A stretch of DNA of 64,000 bases from Bacilli bacterium (GTDB taxonomy: Bacteria; Bacillota_I; Bacilli_A; RFN20; CAG-826): the NCBI GenBank assembly GCA_045132035.1, contig JBGURM010000092.1, positions 7,641 through 71,640 on the forward strand, given 5' to 3'. Shown here piece by piece: positions 42,353 through 51,655 of the stretch. The notes below the pieces were generated by a model, which had not been told where the DNA came from, did not search any database, and saw only the letters and a list, made by a program, of their open reading frames with translations. The translations under genes were made by a program, and so were the position numbers. Every line of letters starts with the position of its first letter. Position 1 is the first letter of the stretch.

Positions 42353-42611
42353 ATCTTAATTAATATCAAGACCCTTTAGTTTTGCGTCGCCGAATCACTC
42401 CGGTTTTGCTTTTATCATAACTTTTTTGTGCACTTATTATATAATACGAAATTTTTTGTTGTAAACATTTTTTTGCGAGCACGCATTATGTGCATAAGAA
42501 ACGACAAGAAAAAAATGTAGAACCAATCAATAAAAGTGCAACATTTATGTTGCCAGTTTTCCTATAAGTTGATTTTTTTAGTGTGGAGTGTATAATACAA
42601 ACAGTTTCATT

Positions 42612-43994
42612 ATGAAAACCAAAAAGAAAGCTAATAGAGGCACTTCCCCATATCTACTCGTTATCTTGTCATTCATTGTAGTGATATTTTTAGGTGCTTC
42701 TCTTTTAACCTTACCAGGAGCACATAAAGACGCTCAGTGGGGAAATTTCCTTGATTCTCTTTTCATTGCTACTTCCGCGACATGTGTGACAGGTTTATCA
42801 ACTTACGCTAACGGAATCGGTGGAGAATTAACTCTTTTTGGCCAAATCGTTGTCTTAGTGATGATTCAAATTGGTGGACTTGGATTTATTACCATCTTCA
42901 CATTCTTTATCTCACTATTCATGAAAAAGTTACAATTTAGAGATCGTTTATTCCTCTCTCAAGCAGTTAACAGTAACACTATTTCTGGTGTTTCTCGTTT
43001 TGTTAAGAGAGTGATTACTATCGTTCTTATTTCCGAACTACTCGGATTCGCATTAGGTTTACCAGTATTTTTGAACGTTAAGGAATACTCAGTTCCAGAG
43101 GCGCTTTGGGCATCATTATTTACATCAATCTCAGCATTTAATAATGCTGGATTTGATATTTTTGGCCCATATTCTTTACTAAGAATTGCAGAAAATCCTA
43201 TCATGTATAATTTACCTACATGGGCGTATTATTACTTATGTTCTTATATAATGATTCTTATTGTATTAGGTGGCATTTCTTTTATCACAATTATTGAAAT
43301 TGTTATCTTAAGAAAGAAGCCAAGACAATGGAATGCATTTGTAAGAATTGTCTTAATCGCGACTGGTTCTTTACTCGTTGGTGGATTCGTTTTATTCTGC
43401 TTAACTGATGTTCTTAATGGCACTATGACTCCTTTTGAAGCCTTATTCCAAAGTGTCACCTTAAGAACTGCAGGATTCGCTAGTTTTGATCAAAATAACT
43501 TATCAGTTGCAGGTAAAACAATTAGCTGCTTATTTATGTTTATTGGTGGCTCACCAATTTCCACTGCCGGTGGTATTAAAACCACTACTATCTTCATTAT
43601 TGTTTTATGCTTAGTTAGATTCTTACAAGGAAAGAGTATTGTTGCTTTTAAAAGAGAATTCACAAGAACTAGTATTCTTAAAGCAATGACCTTAGTCTTC
43701 CTTTCACTTTTAAATGTTGTTGTCGCCTTTGTTGTTGTTTCTTCTTTTGAACAAGGTAAACCACTTGCGACAACTCAAAACGTCTTCTTTGAAGTGTTCT
43801 CTGCCTTTGGCACTGTTGGATTATCAACAGGTTTAACACCTTCTTTAGAAGTTGGTAGTAAAATCATCCTCATCCTATTGATGTTCTTTGGTCGACTTGG
43901 TCCAATCACCTTGTTCCAACTCTTCCAAGCAAATATGGATGGAGAAGAAAATATTCATTATAAACGCGTAAGCGCAGATGTTATTATTGGTTAA
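42612..43994 (+). CDS. TrkH/KtrB-family K+ uptake membrane subunit
   Basis: Repeated pore-loop GxG motifs (TGLST, GGLGF, TAGF, TAGGIKT). TTGATT-N16-TGTATAAT promoter at 42569-42597. The track ORF starts at GTG 42588. Confidence 0.8.
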   Translation: MKTKKKANRGTSPYLLVILSFIVVIFLGASLLTLPGAHKDAQWGNFLDSLFIATSATCVTGLSTYANGIGGELTLFGQIVVLVMIQIGGLGFITIFTFFISLFMKKLQFRDRLFLSQAVNSNTISGVSRFVKRVITIVLISELLGFALGLPVFLNVKEYSVPEALWASLFTSISAFNNAGFDIFGPYSLLRIAENPIMYNLPTWAYYYLCSYIMILIVLGGISFITIIEIVILRKKPRQWNAFVRIVLIATGSLLVGGFVLFCLTDVLNGTMTPFEALFQSVTLRTAGFASFDQNNLSVAGKTISCLFMFIGGSPISTAGGIKTTTIFIIVLCLVRFLQGKSIVAFKREFTRTSILKAMTLVFLSLLNVVVAFVVVSSFEQGKPLATTQNVFFEVFSAFGTVGLSTGLTPSLEVGSKIILILLMFFGRLGPITLFQLFQANMDGEENIHYKRVSADVIIG

Positions 43995-44011
43995 TAGGAG
44001 GAATATCTAAT

Positions 44012-44683
44012 ATGGCCCACAAATCATTTGCAGTAATCGGACTCGGACAATTTGGTCGATCAATCGTTAAAGAATTAGTGGATAACGGAATGGACGTTAT
44101 CGCGATTGATAACAACGAAGAAACAGCTAGAGAAGTCGCTAACGACTTACCTACTACATTCATCGCTGATTCCACTGATGAAAAAGCATTAAAAGAATTA
44201 GGCATTAGTGATGTTGACGCGGCGATTGTCGCCTTTGGCGATAACCAAGAAGCCAGTGTTTTAACCACTGTTATTTTAAGAGAATTAGGCGTTAAAAATA
44301 TCATTGTTCGTGTTGATGATGATTACTATGTCCCAATCATGAAGAAATTAGGCGCTACTGAAGTTATCACTCCTCAAAAAGCTGCTGGTACTGCTTTAGC
44401 GAACCGTATCGGTAATGAAGACTTCCAAGACTACTATAAGCTTGACGCAAAATATTCAGTTGTTTCTATCATCATTAATCCAGGATTCTTCCCACAAACA
44501 TTAAAAGATATGAATCCTAAAAATGTTTATGGTGTTAACGTTGTCTTAATTAAAAGAGGCGCTAAATCATTTGTCCCAGGTGGTACTGATTCACTCCTCC
44601 CAGATGACACTGTATATGTTGTTGGTACATCTAAAGAAATCAACGCCTTTAGAGAAGCAATTAACGGAAAGAAAAAGAAATAG
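44012..44683 (+). CDS. KtrA/TrkA-N-type K+ uptake regulatory subunit (RCK, NAD-binding)
   Basis: FAVIGLGQFGRSIVKEL Rossmann motif. 223 aa. Immediately downstream of the membrane subunit. Confidence 0.8.
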   Translation: MAHKSFAVIGLGQFGRSIVKELVDNGMDVIAIDNNEETAREVANDLPTTFIADSTDEKALKELGISDVDAAIVAFGDNQEASVLTTVILRELGVKNIIVRVDDDYYVPIMKKLGATEVITPQKAAGTALANRIGNEDFQDYYKLDAKYSVVSIIINPGFFPQTLKDMNPKNVYGVNVVLIKRGAKSFVPGGTDSLLPDDTVYVVGTSKEINAFREAINGKKKK

Positions 44684-44755
44684 TAAAAATAAAATGCACG
44701 TAGTGATTGAAACACAATGTGCATTTTTTATAATCAAAAATGGAGAATAGATTCC

Positions 44756-45001
44756 ATGAAGTGCGTAAAATATGAAGAATTTGTAAAAAATGCCGAATAT
44801 TATCTCGGTCTTTTAGAAGTTGAAGAAAAGATTTACGTCATTAAAGATGGTGGAACTTTTGCTATATTAGAAAATCCAAGAAAAATCGCATATGAAGAAT
44901 TCATAAAATTAAGAGGCTGCTTAAAAGATTTGGACGACGGTAGAGATTATAAAGAAATCATTGGCGACGCCATCTTAGAGGCAAACGGAATCAAAGCATA
45001 A
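44756..45001 (+). CDS. Small hypothetical protein with a weak Phd/YefM-like antitoxin pattern
   Basis: GGAGA RBS before ATG 44756 (the track starts at 44717). ...IYVIKDGGTFAIL... No partner toxin. Confidence 0.3.
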   Translation: MKCVKYEEFVKNAEYYLGLLEVEEKIYVIKDGGTFAILENPRKIAYEEFIKLRGCLKDLDDGRDYKEIIGDAILEANGIKA

Positions 45002-45004
45002 GAA

Positions 45005-45041
45005 TCAAAAAAGCAACGTTTTTGTGAAGCGTTGCTTTTTG
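45005..45041. terminator. Bidirectional rho-independent terminator between the convergent 44756 gene and nusG
   Basis: AAAAAAGCAACG-loop-CGTTGCTTTTT. Confidence 0.65.
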
Positions 45042-45056
45042 TTTGCTTTAACAAAG

Positions 45057-45695
45057 TTAAATCTTCTCAATTTCAGAGAAATCAACTTCAACTTTAGTTG
45101 TTCTACCAAAGAAGATGGTTTCGATTTCCACTGCACCAGTATCTTTATTAATAGAAAGGATTCTTCCTTCTGTTCCTTCAAGAGTACCGTGAATGACTTT
45201 GACATAGTCACCAACTGCGTATCTGTCATACATGCTTTCGTCGACCATGCCCATTCTCTTAAGGACTGGTTCGATTTGTTCTCTTGGAACTGGGAATGGT
45301 TTTGTACCTTTACCAGCAGATCCAACGAATCCGGTAACACCTGGAGTGTTTCTAACAATATACCAAGCATAGTCAGTCATAATCATTTCCACAAAGACAT
45401 AACCTGGATATAAGTTCTTCATTCTGGTTTTACCTGTTGGTAAACCATCTTTCATAACTTGAACTTCTTGTTCGACAACAACAATACGGAAGATGAGATC
45501 ATCTAATCCCATTGATTCAACACGTTTTTGTAAGTTGTATGCGGCTTTTCTTTCGTGAGTGGAATATGTTGAAACAACATACCACGCTTTTTCACCTAAT
45601 TTTTGTTCAGCTTTATTTTGTTCTTCTTCAGTAATATCAGTATTAGTGTCTGAGAACGCTGTTTTTAAATTATTATTATCAACCATTTTGTTCAC
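45057..45695 (-). CDS. nusG: Transcription termination/antitermination factor NusG, with a ~35-aa N-terminal extension
   Basis: NGN domain (KAWYVVSTYSTHE...) and KOW motif (VGDYVKVIHGTLEGTEGRI). Confidence 0.9.
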   Translation of the reverse strand: MNKMVDNNNLKTAFSDTNTDITEEEQNKAEQKLGEKAWYVVSTYSTHERKAAYNLQKRVESMGLDDLIFRIVVVEQEVQVMKDGLPTGKTRMKNLYPGYVFVEMIMTDYAWYIVRNTPGVTGFVGSAGKGTKPFPVPREQIEPVLKRMGMVDESMYDRYAVGDYVKVIHGTLEGTEGRILSINKDTGAVEIETIFFGRTTKVEVDFSEIEKI

Positions 45696-45700
45696 TCTCC

Positions 45701-45898
45701 TTATTTCATGCCTTTGAATGCGTCTGAAAGAATTTCAATTAATCTTCTACCAGCAACATCTTCTCCGAAAAGTAGTAATCCTGTGATTCCCGCAATAATG
45801 ATAACGACGATGATTGAAGGAATGAGAACTTCTCTTTTTGGCCAACGTACACGTTTGCCTTCTTTAATAACACCTTTTGCGAATTTTCCTAATCCCAT
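45701..45898 (-). CDS. secE: Preprotein translocase subunit SecE
   Basis: 65 aa with a single TM. Sits between rpmG and nusG. Confidence 0.85.
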   Translation of the reverse strand: MGLGKFAKGVIKEGKRVRWPKREVLIPSIIVVIIIAGITGLLLFGEDVAGRRLIEILSDAFKGMK

Positions 45899-45907
45899 AT
45901 GTGCCTC

Positions 45908-46054
45908 CTATTTACTTGCCTTATGAAGTGTTTGTTTATTGCAGTGTTTGCAATATTTCATAAGTTCTAATTTTTTATTACTTTCTTTATTTACTGATGT
46001 AACGTAGTTTCGAGATAGACACTCGGAGCAAATCAAAAGAACTTTAACTCTCAT
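45908..46054 (-). CDS. rpmG: 50S ribosomal protein L33. Not in the ORF track.
   Basis: Reverse translation [48 protein letters not shown] with a C4 zinc ribbon. GGGAGG RBS. Confidence 0.8.
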   Translation of the reverse strand: MRVKVLLICSECLSRNYVTSVNKESNKKLELMKYCKHCNKQTLHKASK

Positions 46055-46219
46055 CTTGACCTCCCTATGTAATTCTCAGTGTAAACAATCTACCACTATC
46101 GCTAGACTTTATCAATCATTAATTTCATATTTTTGAAAAATAATGAAAGAGATTGAATTTGGAAAATAATATCTGCTAAAATGAGATTGACCAAGTAGAC
46201 CAGACCAAGGAGGTTAGAT

Positions 46220-46462
46220 ATGGAAATTAATATCTATGAAGCAAAAACAAACTTATCAAAATTAGCACAATTATTGGTTGATGAAAAAGAAGATGAAATC
46301 ATTATTTGCAAAAATGGAAATCCAATTGTAAAAATGACAAAAATTCAAAAAGACAAAAAAACGAAAAGAATCGGTGCCGCCAAAGAAGAAATGAAAGGTT
46401 ACAACATTTCTCTTGAAGAATTCAATTCAATATCAGTAATTGATGATTTTTACGGTGATTGA
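46220..46462 (+). CDS. Type II antitoxin (Phd/prevent-host-death family) paired with VapC
   Basis: MEINIYEAKTNLSKLAQLLVDEKEDEIIICKNGNPIVKM... ends in ...DDFYGD. Its stop overlaps the toxin start (TGATATG). Confidence 0.7.
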   Translation: MEINIYEAKTNLSKLAQLLVDEKEDEIIICKNGNPIVKMTKIQKDKKTKRIGAAKEEMKGYNISLEEFNSISVIDDFYGD

Positions 46463-46463
46463 T

Positions 46464-46856
46464 ATGAGATATTTATTAGACACTCACACACTTATTTGGG
46501 CTCTAGAAGATAACCCAAATTTACCTGAATCTGTAAGGGACATCATTACTAATGAGAACAATGATATCTTTGTATCTGGTGTTTCAATTTGGGAAATATC
46601 AATTAAACACAAGAAAAATCCAAATTCGTTACCATATTCAGGAAAAGAAATAGTTCACTTTTCGCAAAGAGCAGGATATAGATTTTTATCCGTATCAATT
46701 GAAGATGTTCTAACTGTGGAAGATTTTGATCATAAAGACCATAAAGATCCGTTTGACATTATGTTAATTTCTCAATGTATAAACGCAAAAATGAGAATAA
46801 TTACACATGATTCTATGCTGAAAGAAATTAACGAAAAAGCTGTATTATACTTTTAA
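46464..46856 (+). CDS. vapC: VapC-family PIN-domain toxin
   Basis: MRYLLDTHTLIWALED...SGVSIWEISIK... is a PIN signature. ATG overlaps the antitoxin stop. Confidence 0.75.
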   Translation: MRYLLDTHTLIWALEDNPNLPESVRDIITNENNDIFVSGVSIWEISIKHKKNPNSLPYSGKEIVHFSQRAGYRFLSVSIEDVLTVEDFDHKDHKDPFDIMLISQCINAKMRIITHDSMLKEINEKAVLYF

Positions 46857-46869
46857 TTTAGAAGGTTAA

Positions 46870-47346
46870 TTATTCAATATATTTGTTATTTTTTAAGATA
46901 AAGAGAACGCTGATTGCTGACATTCCCACTATTGAAACAACAGATGCAATAATGATGGTTGTCGTTTGATCAAGCTTCTTTTTATTATTAATCGCACTAT
47001 TAGGAGAAATATAAAACATTCTCACTAATTCTTTCATCGCATCTTCGATTTTAAACTTATCACCATTAGGTGACTGTCTTTCAATTTGATTGACTACCGC
47101 TCGATCTTCATTAGAAAGATTAGAGTAAATAGTAATGATTTCGTTATATTCTTCTCTAGTTGCGTCGCAAATTGATTTAGTAGAAAATAATTCATCAAAT
47201 TTATTTAAGAATTCTTCAGTAGTCGCATTTAATGCGTAAGTAGCAACATAGTTATTACTATTAGAGTTAATAAAAGTAACACTTAAAGGAGCGGCCACTA
47301 CCGCTAATAAGAGGAATAAAGATTTAAGAATTAATTTCATTTTCAT
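46870..47346 (-). CDS. Secreted protein with signal peptide and C-terminal TM anchor, hypothetical
   Basis: MKMKLILKSLFLLLAVVAAPLSVT... with a hydrophobic C-terminus. Confidence 0.4.
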   Translation of the reverse strand: MKMKLILKSLFLLLAVVAAPLSVTFINSNSNNYVATYALNATTEEFLNKFDELFSTKSICDATREEYNEIITIYSNLSNEDRAVVNQIERQSPNGDKFKIEDAMKELVRMFYISPNSAINNKKKLDQTTTIIIASVVSIVGMSAISVLFILKNNKYIE

Positions 47347-47363
47347 AAGAATTTGTAGTTTAA

Positions 47364-48578
47364 CTATTTGTGATATTCATCACTTACTAAACAAGCGAAG
47401 ATATTTGAACCAGCAATAACAATCGCTGATTCTGGATGTTCGTTTTTAATTTGATTAATTAAAGCTTTATAGTCACTATTATATTCATATTCATTTAAGA
47501 ATAGGAAATAATCGAATTCATCTCTTGCTCTACTATGATTAAAAGTTGTGATATATGTTTTTCCAAGTAACCCAATCTCAGGAAGCATTGAGGTAATATT
47601 CTTATCTTTGAATGTTGCAAAAATCACAAAGATCTCTTTTCCTAAGCCTAATAAATCAACATCGTTTCTAAGTTTCTTAATTGCCTCAGGATTATGCGCT
47701 CCATCGATAATAAGAAGTGGTTCTCCTTGAATAACTTCAAATTTACCTTTAGGTAAAGGAAGTTTTAATCCTTCTTTTAAAGCACTTTCTTCAACTTTAA
47801 ATTTATTCATCAATAAATCAACCGCATCAATCACTAAACAAGCGTTTTTAACGTTGATATTTGCGAAGTTAGATATTTCTAAACCAACATATGTTTTATA
47901 GTCAAAAGAGATACCTTCTTTAGTAAAAGAAACATTATGGGTTTCACCGATTCTTGTAATCTTAGAATCTTTTCTTTTTGCGTAGTCCACGATGACATCT
48001 AAAGCATCACCATCAATCTCTCCAATTAAAGTAGGAACATTATCTTTAATGATTCCAGCTTTATGTAAAGCAATCTCTGATAAAGACACTCCTAAATATT
48101 CAGTGTGTTCAATCGACACATTAGTGATGATTGATAAGATTGGGGTAAATATATTAGTGGAATCAAATTCTCCACCCATCCCACATTCAATTACTGCGAT
48201 ATCAACTTTCTCTTTTTGAAAATAAGAAAAAGCGATAAAAGTAATGATATCAAATGGAGATAATTCATATTTTTTAAAGAGCTTTTGATTTGAATTATAT
48301 AAAGCTTCTAATTCACTATTAGAGATAGGAAGTCCATTAATTTGAATCATTTGAGTAACATCTTTTTTGTAATTAGAAGAGATAAATAAACCAACTTTAT
48401 ATCCACTACTACGGTAGATATTGCTTAACATTGTAGCGACCACACTTTTTCCGTTAGTCCCCGCTATATGGATAGAAGGAATAGAATAAGAAAAAGACAC
48501 TTTCCTAAGAAAATCATCAAGATTGTCTTTATTCATCTCAACAAATTCATGAGAATAAATAGTCTCACTAATGCTCAT
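47364..48578 (-). CDS. folC: Folylpolyglutamate synthase / dihydrofolate synthase (Mur ligase family)
   Basis: HIAGTNGKSVV P-loop of the FolC type. Confidence 0.8.
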   Translation of the reverse strand: MSISETIYSHEFVEMNKDNLDDFLRKVSFSYSIPSIHIAGTNGKSVVATMLSNIYRSSGYKVGLFISSNYKKDVTQMIQINGLPISNSELEALYNSNQKLFKKYELSPFDIITFIAFSYFQKEKVDIAVIECGMGGEFDSTNIFTPILSIITNVSIEHTEYLGVSLSEIALHKAGIIKDNVPTLIGEIDGDALDVIVDYAKRKDSKITRIGETHNVSFTKEGISFDYKTYVGLEISNFANINVKNACLVIDAVDLLMNKFKVEESALKEGLKLPLPKGKFEVIQGEPLLIIDGAHNPEAIKKLRNDVDLLGLGKEIFVIFATFKDKNITSMLPEIGLLGKTYITTFNHSRARDEFDYFLFLNEYEYNSDYKALINQIKNEHPESAIVIAGSNIFACLVSDEYHK

Positions 48579-49033
48579 TATTCATCTCCTCCTTCTTTAA
48601 TACTTCTTTTTAAATCTCTTTGTTTAATTGTTTCTCTTTTATCGTAGAGTTTCTTACCTTTTGCTAAAGCAATCTCCACTTTAGCCTTTCCTCTTACTAA
48701 ATATATTTTAGTAGGGACAACAGTAAATCCACCTTGTTTGATTTTGATTTCAAACCATTCGATTTCTTTTTTGTGCAAAAGAAGTTTTCTATTTCTTAAT
48801 GGATCATGATTAAAAATGTTTCCTTGTTCATAAGGCTTAATATACATATTAATGATTTCAGCCTCACCATTTCTAATTACAATATAAGAATCGCCAATTG
48901 TCGCTCCATTACGACGCATTGATTTGATTTCTGTTCCTTTTAATTCGATTCCACATTCTGTAAAGTCACTTAAAAAATAATTGAAGTGAGCCTTTTTATT
49001 TTGCGCAATAATCTTGTTACCACTAGATTTCAT
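48578..49033 (-). CDS. smpB: SsrA-binding protein
   Basis: Canonical SmpB (AQNKKAHFNYF...LLLHKKEI). Confidence 0.9.
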   Translation of the reverse strand: MKSSGNKIIAQNKKAHFNYFLSDFTECGIELKGTEIKSMRRNGATIGDSYIVIRNGEAEIINMYIKPYEQGNIFNHDPLRNRKLLLHKKEIEWFEIKIKQGGFTVVPTKIYLVRGKAKVEIALAKGKKLYDKRETIKQRDLKRSIKEGGDE

Positions 49034-51107
49034 AACTCTCCTCCAATCGATCTCTAATCACATCAATCTTCATTAAACTTGCGTCAAATTCATCAATATA
49101 ATGAGCAATGCTCATCGTATCTTTAAATGGAGCAATAAATGAAGAAGCATAATAGACAATTATGGCTGTGATGCCAGTTAAAAGATAAGTTAATAAAGAA
49201 TCTGGAATCATGTATGATTTAGCAAACCATAATCCAGTAAATAATAGTCCAGACCCAATTAATGAACCTAAAGAAGTTTTAAAAGCAACAAAAGTATTTA
49301 AATATAATTTAAAGCTTCCACCCTTCATAACTGAATAAATGATTAATTCACCTAGGATAATAAAGGAAATCGCTATTGGAGTAGCCCAAGCAAATCCTTC
49401 AATTGGTTTTCCATACCATATCACCATAGATAAACCAATAGAGGCTCCTGCTATAAGTAAAACAAAAATCATAAAATGAACAATATACTTGTAGATATCG
49501 CCATCTTTTGCCCATAAAGCATTTAAATATGGGAAAGTTAAAAGTAATATTCCAAGTATCGCTTCAGCGTTAATTAAAGTCCATAAAATAGTTGGATTAT
49601 TTCTACATTCATCAAAAGCAAAAAACATCGTAGTAATCGCCATAATCGAAAGAATAAATCTTCCTGCTCCTCTCACCATTAATTTACTATTAAGTAAAGC
49701 AGGATAGGAATGTTCTTCCACTACTGAATCACCAATAGTCTTATTTCTTAAGTGAGAATATTTGTTAATTACTGGTAGATAGAATAACGCTCCAATTAAT
49801 ATTCCTTGAGCGCTACTATTAAAGGCAATCAAAGATTCAGTACAGCTTAAAGCAAAATAGGCTAAGCCAACTACTAAGAATATCAAAGAGAATCTCTTAT
49901 GTTCTTTAAATAGTCTAATTAGTGAATAGAAATAAATAACAACAAATGTTGCAAAGCACGCTAAACCGATAACACCAAAGTTAAGTAAGATTTGTAAATA
50001 TCCGTTATGGCAGCTAATACGATGATCTTCAACATTCATCATTCCACCAGTAATATATTCAGAATTTCTAAAGCCATACCCAAATAGTAATGAGAAGATA
50101 TCTCTATTACTCGCTTGAATTGTATATTCCCAAATCATCGTGCGGTTAGAGAAGTTCGCATAGTTTGAATTTGATAATTCTTTATATAAGAAACGACAGA
50201 AACTTGATAAATGAGGAACATCAAATGTCTGACATAAAGCAAACATTAAAGTGATTGAAACATATATTGCAATCATTAAGCCAAGCTTAAACATTGCAAG
50301 AACAAAGTTCTTTTTAAATGTAATGATAATTTCAAATAGGAAATAAACGAAGATAATCGCTAAAGTAATTAAGATACAAGTTAAAGAACAAACGAAGATT
50401 TGAACAATTCCAAATCCAATGATTGTGATATAAGAAAGCGGATTCTTTTTAAAATAGTTAAGTCCAATTGCTGCGCATATTCCCATTAAAATGAATCCCG
50501 CAAACATGTTGGAATTTAAGAACAAAGACTTAATTGATTGGCTGGTAACCGTTTCACTATCCGCGTTAGCGATAATCTCATATTTAACGTATTCAGTAAC
50601 GATTGAATAAATAACAAAGAAATATGTCACCGCTATAACAATTAAGAATAGATATCTAAGTCTTCTAATAGAAGGATGGTTCTTAGTGAAATAAAACATT
50701 GTGGAATAGATTGTTAAAACAAACAAAATAAAAGATAAAGTATGTTTAATCTTGTTCCAATCATCAATTACAATTGGTTCGGCGCCATTAGAAAATTCCA
50801 TTCCATTAAATAGCCATATTCCAACTATTCCGCTTGCTAGTAAAATAAGACACACTACTAAAGCAATAACATTAACTTTTGCCTTGTTAAATATCGTTTC
50901 ATAAACAATGAGTAAAACAAAACATAAAGCAGAAATAGCAAAAAACATAAAGAAATATGGGTCTTGCATTCCTGGCACCATAAAATCAGGTGAGTCAACC
51001 TTTTCAAAAAATGTGATATTTTCAAAAACAAGGACTGCTGCTATTACAGCGACCCAAAATAGAATATTAGTGAATGTAAATTTAAATTTACCCATTTGAA
51101 TACTCAT
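49023..51107 (-). CDS. O-antigen-ligase (Wzy_C)-like polytopic membrane protein, 694 aa
   Basis: Many TM helices. HNGYLQILLNFGVIGL matches the Wzy_C conserved H-N-x-y-L...G-x-x-G motif. Confidence 0.5.
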   Translation of the reverse strand: MSIQMGKFKFTFTNILFWVAVIAAVLVFENITFFEKVDSPDFMVPGMQDPYFFMFFAISALCFVLLIVYETIFNKAKVNVIALVVCLILLASGIVGIWLFNGMEFSNGAEPIVIDDWNKIKHTLSFILFVLTIYSTMFYFTKNHPSIRRLRYLFLIVIAVTYFFVIYSIVTEYVKYEIIANADSETVTSQSIKSLFLNSNMFAGFILMGICAAIGLNYFKKNPLSYITIIGFGIVQIFVCSLTCILITLAIIFVYFLFEIIITFKKNFVLAMFKLGLMIAIYVSITLMFALCQTFDVPHLSSFCRFLYKELSNSNYANFSNRTMIWEYTIQASNRDIFSLLFGYGFRNSEYITGGMMNVEDHRISCHNGYLQILLNFGVIGLACFATFVVIYFYSLIRLFKEHKRFSLIFLVVGLAYFALSCTESLIAFNSSAQGILIGALFYLPVINKYSHLRNKTIGDSVVEEHSYPALLNSKLMVRGAGRFILSIMAITTMFFAFDECRNNPTILWTLINAEAILGILLLTFPYLNALWAKDGDIYKYIVHFMIFVLLIAGASIGLSMVIWYGKPIEGFAWATPIAISFIILGELIIYSVMKGGSFKLYLNTFVAFKTSLGSLIGSGLLFTGLWFAKSYMIPDSLLTYLLTGITAIIVYYASSFIAPFKDTMSIAHYIDEFDASLMKIDVIRDRLEESYEI

Positions 51108-51218
51108 TATAAGTGAGTGAGTGCTATTTGTCTAACTATAAAAAATTGCAAAAAATAAATTTTGCAATCGAACTATAGGATAAAGGATATATTTAGCCGG
51201 TTTCTTATATTGTTTTAC

Positions 51219-51246
51219 CAAAAACAAAAAAGGCTAACTTTAGCCT
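51219..51246 (-). terminator. Rho-independent terminator after the orphan yefM-like gene
   Basis: AGGCT-loop-AGCCT followed by TTTTTTGTTTTT on the minus strand. Confidence 0.5.
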
Positions 51247-51303
51247 TAATTGTTGCCAAAGTGAGACCACATTGATGCAACCAACACGATTTTCTCTTTG
51301 TTA

Positions 51304-51555
51304 TTAATTTTGTAAATCGTCTATGTTAGTTGCGTTCTTATATGGGGTTTTGCCTTCTCTAATAATAGAATCAGCTAACCCATCAATAGAATTTAAGTAT
51401 AATGTTTCCAATATGGCATTGAAGTCTTCTTCACCAATCAAATAGCAATTTTTGCCATTTTTATTAGTGATAAGCAAAGGAGACGACGTTTTGTTAACTT
51501 CCTCTATCAATTTGTATAGATTGGCTCTTGCTTCTGTAACATTTATTGTATGCAT
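51304..51555 (-). CDS. Phd/YefM-family antitoxin, orphan
   Basis: MHTINVTEARANLYKLIEEVNKTSSPLLITNKNGKNCYLIGEEDFNAILETLYL is a textbook YefM. Palindrome ATACAttttaTGTAT 28 nt upstream. No yoeB downstream. Confidence 0.75.
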   Translation of the reverse strand: MHTINVTEARANLYKLIEEVNKTSSPLLITNKNGKNCYLIGEEDFNAILETLYLNSIDGLADSIIREGKTPYKNATNIDDLQN

Positions 51556-51655
51556 GACAATATCTCCTTCGAATAAAATATATCATACATTTTATGTATC
51601 TCAACATTTATCAATTATATTTTTATTTTCTTCCTAAATATAAGATAATTGTTAT

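Noticed and set aside
31081-45056. Island as a prophage or IS-mediated insertion
   Set aside because: No integrase, transposase, recombinase or phage structural genes were recognised, and no flanking direct repeats were found. The origin of the insertion remains unknown.
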